A stretch of DNA of 63,908 nt, counting the filler, from Folioceros fuciformis (Eukaryota): NCBI GenBank assembly GCA_049999805.1. It is 7 parts of 5 records of this genome, joined end to end, with 100 filler letters (N's around TTAATTAATTAA, not from the genome) between each part and the next. Parts side by side here need not be neighbours in the genome. Positions count along the whole stretch, not along the records: positions 53,855 to 60,775 come from JBNGIO010005942.1; positions 60,876 to 62,368 come from JBNGIO010005975.1; positions 62,469 to 63,908 come from JBNGIO010005983.1; 4 more parts are not named here. One strand, written 5' to 3'. The notes under the pieces are model-generated. The model saw only the letters and a list, made by a program, of their open reading frames with translations, did no database searches and was not told where the DNA came from. The translations under genes and the position numbers were made by a program. Positions 58,714-63,908 of the stretch are shown in pieces (positions within the stretch are counted from its first letter, which is position 1; every line of letters begins with the position of its first letter).

Positions 58714-60418
58714 ATGCAGCCCAAGCTGCCGCACAAGCATACTACTCTAACAAAGCAACAAAAGAAAGAGGTTTGCGAATATTATGTCCAACACTCTTAC
58801 ACACTTAAGGAGTTGACTAGATGGACAAAAGAGAAGTTTTCATTAGCAGCTTCTAAAAGTGCATTGTCTAGGATTGTGAATGACAAAGACAAATGGTTGG
58901 ACCTTGCCAATGGTCCAGCAACTAATATGGCAAGAATAAGGGATAGACCAGTCGTATGCTCACAGGTTGACCACGTAGTACACGTTTGGGCTTTTGCAAT
59001 CCAAGCACAAGGTCCCACAATTTCAGATGACTTGCTTCGTGAGGTGGCTTCCAAATTCCACGAGAGGATTTCTGAAGATGAGAAACTAAAAATAACATAC
59101 CATAGAGGTTAGGTTGCTCGCTAGAAGAAAATGTATAATTTGAAATCAGTTGTCAAACATGGAGAGGTAGGGAGTGTTGACAATACAGAAGCAGTGAAGA
59201 TAGCTATTAGAGAGCTGCAACTTCAAGTTCTTGATTATGGAGTTGCAAATGTTTTTAATATGGATGAGACTGGTCTTTTCTTCAGAGCACCGCCGAACAT
59301 GACACTTGCAACAATGCGTGCTGCAGGACGGAAGCAGTTTAAGGACCGGTTGACAATTGGACTGACAACAAATGTTGATGGATCTTGCAAGTTGCCACCT
59401 TTTGTGATTAACAAGTATCTTAGGCCTTGTGCTTTTTCCGTTAGGAATGTTCAAAATCCTGAGAATTTGAATATTATCTGGTCTACAAACCAAAAGGCCT
59501 GGATAACAATAGAGCTGTTTGAGAAGTTTTTGCTAGATTTTGACCAAAGGATGGTTGTATCAGGGTGGACTAGAGTGTTACTTATGGTGGATAATTGTCC
59601 TGGGCATCGGTTTGGTAATGCAGCTCAATTGCAAGTTACAAAGGTGGTTTTCTTTCCACCCAATGTGACAAGCGTATATCAACCTTTGGACCAGGGGATC
59701 ATCCGTTCTTTCTGGGCTCATATCGCAAGTTGATGATTTTGTACCAATGCAACCAAATCATAGACAATGCGGCTACAATTATTGATGTATATCAAGTAGT
59801 GGTTATGCTGGTAAAAGCTTGGACTTCATTTGTGAGTCCTCATACATACGCAATTGTTGGAGGCATAGCACTTTGGATGCGGAATTGCGTGCACAAGATG
59901 CTCTGTTCCGTGAGTCTTTGGATCTAAATAGCGCATCATATGATCCAGAGGGTTCATTGTTGGATCCTCAAAATCACTCTAATTCGTTGGAAACACAAGT
60001 AGAAGAGTTACAACAGTCCATGCGAAGCTTAGCATTATTAACATCTAAGGATATGACAGGAATTGTTGATGTTGGATATCCAATGATGACAGCTGAAGAG
60101 TATTTGAACTTTGAAGAGAATGAAGGATTGGAGTACTTATATTCCTAATATGGCAAGCATTAATCCCTCCGCCTGCCAATAAGAAGGGTGAGGAAAATGA
60201 TACAACGTTAGTGGAGACCATAGCGCCAAGATCACGTACGACAAATGTTGTAGATAATGCTATGAGGATAGCGAAGATGTTTTTGGAAGAGATGCCATAT
60301 AACACTCTTCATGCTTTGAATTTGCATTCTCAATTGGAAAAACATATTTGCTAGTCATTGAATGAAAGCAACTCATCATCAATTAAGGGTTGATGATTAT
60401 TTTACCCCGGCAAACTAG
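58714..60418 (+). mobile_element. pogo/Tigger-like (CENP-B HTH + DDE_1) transposase, degraded
   Basis: N-terminal HTHs, FNMDETGLFF, LMVDNCPGH, QPLDQGIIRSF and C-terminal QLRVDDYF, with stops and frameshifts. ATCGAGATT repeats upstream (58425-58515). TIRs not identified. Confidence 0.85.
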
Positions 60419-60875
60419 AATTAAGTTGGCAGATATGTAATATGAGGGAGCATTTTGGATTTTTTTGGAAGCTTTTAAGCTCTTTCAAATTTTTGATTTA
60501 GGGTCGTACACATATTTAACACCTGCAACGGGTCCAACATCTAGCCTGTAGGGCCATTACTCGTGCGTTTTGAACTACCTCCACTGATGCCCTGGAATTT
60601 AAAGCTTTTCTTCTGCCCACGGAGTTGCGCCTCCAACGCCATTCTCTCCTGCCCCTCCCTCTCACCTCATCCATCAAGTCTTTCTTCCTACGACTAACTA
60701 CAAAAAATGCTACCACAATGCTATCCGCAGTCGCCTCACACTCCTTTCCCCTAGTACTCTGTACTCCGCTTTAGGNNNNNNNNNNNNNNNNNNNNNNNNN
60801 NNNNNNNNNNNNNNNNNNNTTAATTAATTAANNNNNNNNNNNNNNNNNNNNNNNNNNNNNNNNNNNNNNNNNNNN

Positions 60876-62368
60876 GTGGTAATGGTACAAGAGTCCAAGT
60901 TTTGTTATCCATCAGTGATTGATACTCGCTGTCCATGGCCTTTCTCCATCCGTCTGCTTCTGGGCCAGCAAGGGCTTCCTTGGTTGAGACAATGTCAGGT
61001 CGGTTTGCTGTATGAGCAGCAAGGCCACGAGCAGTGGAAAAATCAAGGTCATGAAATTTAATCCCGGGAATTCCCTTCGTGGTTCTCCGGGAGGTGCGAG
61101 TTGGTGGACGATGGGAAGCTGATCACTCAATTGCAGGTCATCATTGTGTTTGTTGCCATCATCTCCCCCTATGAGCTGCAAGGGAGGAAGTGATCCTGGG
61201 ACAGCCGGCTGAGGAGGAGCGAGAGGAGCGGGGGGTACCGGGGTACCGGCGGTTGAAGGAGCCCTAAGCGGTGTGGTGGTTGTAGAGCCGGGCTGTGGCT
61301 GCTGTACCGGGTCGGGTGCAATTGGGCCTAGTGGCTGGTGAGCAGTTTTACCATGTCTTGTAGTCTTGTTGTTGGGCTACCAGTCGAGGCCAAATTCATC
61401 ATAGTCGGAGATAGCAGGATCGTCCGGTGTCGTTGGAAGCAAGCCGGGCTTGGAGGTGTCAGGGAGGAAATCCGGAGCCGATATTCTCTCTGCGGTTGGG
61501 TTATGAGGAAACACGCCCCCGGAAGGCCGGAGGAGTGAAGTCTCATCAAATACGACATTTCGGCCTACGGAAATTCGCCGTGTGGCTTGGTCTAGAAGTC
61601 TATAGCCTTTAACTCCTTCGTGTTCTCCATAGCCGATAAAGGTGAGTTTTACGGATCTGGAATCCAATTTGCGGAGGCCTTCTGGTGGGACATGCCGATA
61701 AGCAGGACAACCCAACATTCTGAGGTGGCTGACCTGTGGTTTGTGGCCTGTCCAGATTTCAAAGGGTGTTTTATCCCGGATCGTAGAGGTGCCGCATCGG
61801 TTTTGGACATAGCAAACAGCAGCAGCAGCATCCGCCCACAAGGCATTAGGTAGGCCTGCTGTGGCTAGGGAGCTCCTTGTTGCATCCATCAGGGAACGAT
61901 TTCTCCGTTCCGCTTTCCCTAGTTGTTGATTTGCGTAGGGCACAATTTTCTGGTGTAAGATGCCATGGGTCGATAGGAAATTCTCGAAGGCAGGAGAGGT
62001 GAGTTCTCCAGCATTGTCCGTGCAAAAAATCTTGATGAGTTTACCAGTCTGATTCTCGACTAGGGCTTTGTAAAGCTGAAAAGAAGCGAATGCTTCGGAC
62101 TTGTACCTCAGAAAATAAAGGTGGGTGTAGTGGCTATAGTCGTCCAGAAGAACAAACATGTGTAATTTGCCTGTGAGGGATTCAGTTTGCATGGGGCCAT
62201 AGAGGTCAGCATGCACCAGCTCTAAGACGCTCGTCGTGGTGCTGGCTGACCTAGGGTAAGGTTGGGCATGTTGCTTGCCCAACAAGCAGCCCTCACACAA
62301 AGGGAGATCTGCCTGAAACTTCTGTTGAGAATGAAGACTCTGAATAAAGGCCTAACGGGGCTCGCTTA
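60876..62368 (-). mobile_element. Copia family A fragment (integrase and linker)
   Basis: Closely similar to about 9890-11300 (HADLYGPMQTES, FIGYGE.EGVKGYRLLD). Confidence 0.9.
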
Positions 62369-62468
62369 NNNNNNNNNNNNNNNNNNNNNNNNNNNNNNNN
62401 NNNNNNNNNNNNTTAATTAATTAANNNNNNNNNNNNNNNNNNNNNNNNNNNNNNNNNNNNNNNNNNNN

Positions 62469-63908
62469 ATGGGATAATCTACACTATCCTAAGTTCACTA
62501 ATAACTAGAACTAGTATAGTATGAACCCAACTGGGATAACTAACACCACATGAGTTTAGCTCATATAGAGCTCGATAACTCAACACTCCCCCTCGAGCTC
62601 AACATAGCATCTGTACGCCTAACATAGCTCGGAATTTCTTCAGCTTCTCTGCTCCCATTGGCTTAGTAAATATATCGGCTATCTGCTCGTCTGTGTTGAC
62701 ATACACAAGATCAATAGCTCCAGATAAAATCCTTTCGCGAAGAAAATGATAATGTATTTCAATGTGTTTTGTCCTGGCATGAAACACTGGGTTTCGCGCC
62801 AACTGTATGCTGCTAAGATTGTCACAGTAGATAACAACCTTGTCGTTGACCTGCAATCCAAAATCTCCGAGTAACTTACAAATCCAAGTCACTTCACACG
62901 CTGCCATTGCTGCGCCTCTGTATTCAGCTTCTGTACTAGACAAAGCCACTGTAGGTTGCTTCTTGCTACTCCATGTAATTGCTGCACTCCCAAGTGAAAA
63001 AATGAATCCACTTGTAGATCTACGATCAGTAACACTGCCTGCCCAATCTGCATCTGTATACCCACACAGGTTTATTTCCAAATCTGCAACATAAAAGAGA
63101 GCATGATCCATAGTTGCCTTCACATAGCGCAACGTTCGCCTTAATGCATCCAAATGTGGCTTTCTTGGCGCCTGCATAAACTGACTTTGCAATCCCACTG
63201 TATAGTTCAAATCTGGTCGGGATAGAGTGAGATATATCAAGCTACCCACAATCTTCCTGTACATTGTTGGATCTTCAAGTGCTTCACCATCATGAGCACT
63301 GAGCTTTAGATTTTGATCCAAAGGAATCGAGATTGGCTTGCACTCAACCATACCATACTTAGTTAGTACATCCGACGCATACTTCCGCTGTGACAGCCAA
63401 ATGCCTGTGTTGGTTCGTATAATTTCAATGCCCAAAAAGAACCTCAGTTCACCTAGGTCCGCCATCTTGAACTCTTGTTGTAGAAGTTCCTTGATCTGCT
63501 CCACTTGATCCAACTGATTACCTCCAATGATTAGATCATCCACATAAATGGTCACAAAGACCAGTCGTTTTGTACATTTGCACACATACAACGAATGATC
63601 CGCATCTGCCATGTTGAATCCGATGTGAATCAGATGCTGAGCAAGACGCTCATGCCAAGCCCTCGGGGCTTGCTTCAGTCCGTACAACGTTTTTTTCAGC
63701 TTGCACACATGATTTGGATGATCCAAATCCTCATATCCTGGTGGCTGGTCCATGTATACTTCTTCCAGCAATTCTCCATGTAAAAACGCATTCTTCACAT
63801 CCATATGATGTAGGACCCAACCTTTCGATGCCGCTAGTGCGATCACGGTTCGAATTGTTGCCATTTTGGCAACTGGACTGAACGTCTCCTCAAAATCTAT
63901 TCCATATG
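62469..63908 (-). mobile_element. 3' part of copia family F: RT-RNase H ORF (62599 to window edge), PPT, partial 3' LTR 62469-62585
   Basis: Open ORF with YVDD, DADWAG, EAEY and ADIFTK. The LTR matches 51593-51707. Confidence 0.92.

Overview
Eukaryotic genomic DNA, most likely from a non-seed land plant (inferred from the gene set YUCCA + germin-like + GIL1/IRKI-like + HSPA12-type HSP70 + ZNFX1, and from short spliceosomal introns). It comes from a scaffolded assembly with six artificial N-TTAATTAATTAA-N linkers and two plain 100-N gaps. Most of the window is transposable-element DNA: many nested Ty1/copia LTR retrotransposons (one with an intact gag-pol ORF), solo LTRs, a pogo-type DNA transposase relic and a long GC-rich repeat-laden insertion. 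With the two LTR blocks at 8.0-24.3 kb removed, the left half becomes a compact cluster of about 16 kb: YUCCA pseudogene, intact HSPA12-like atypical HSP70, three GIL1/IRKI-like coiled-coil genes (two intact, both starting MGC), a germin-like pseudogene and a frameshifted ZNFX1-like helicase with an apparent N-terminal PB1 domain. Most notable: (i) a degraded ParB-like + beta-class N4C/N6A DNA methyltransferase gene at 46.5-48.5 kb; (ii) the GrpE-like look of the GIL1/IRKI-like proteins next to the atypical HSP70; (iii) the PB1-ZNFX1 architecture; (iv) an inversion revealed by a pair of LTRs with matching TSDs in opposite orientation. All family calls come from motif recognition by eye; no database searches were run.
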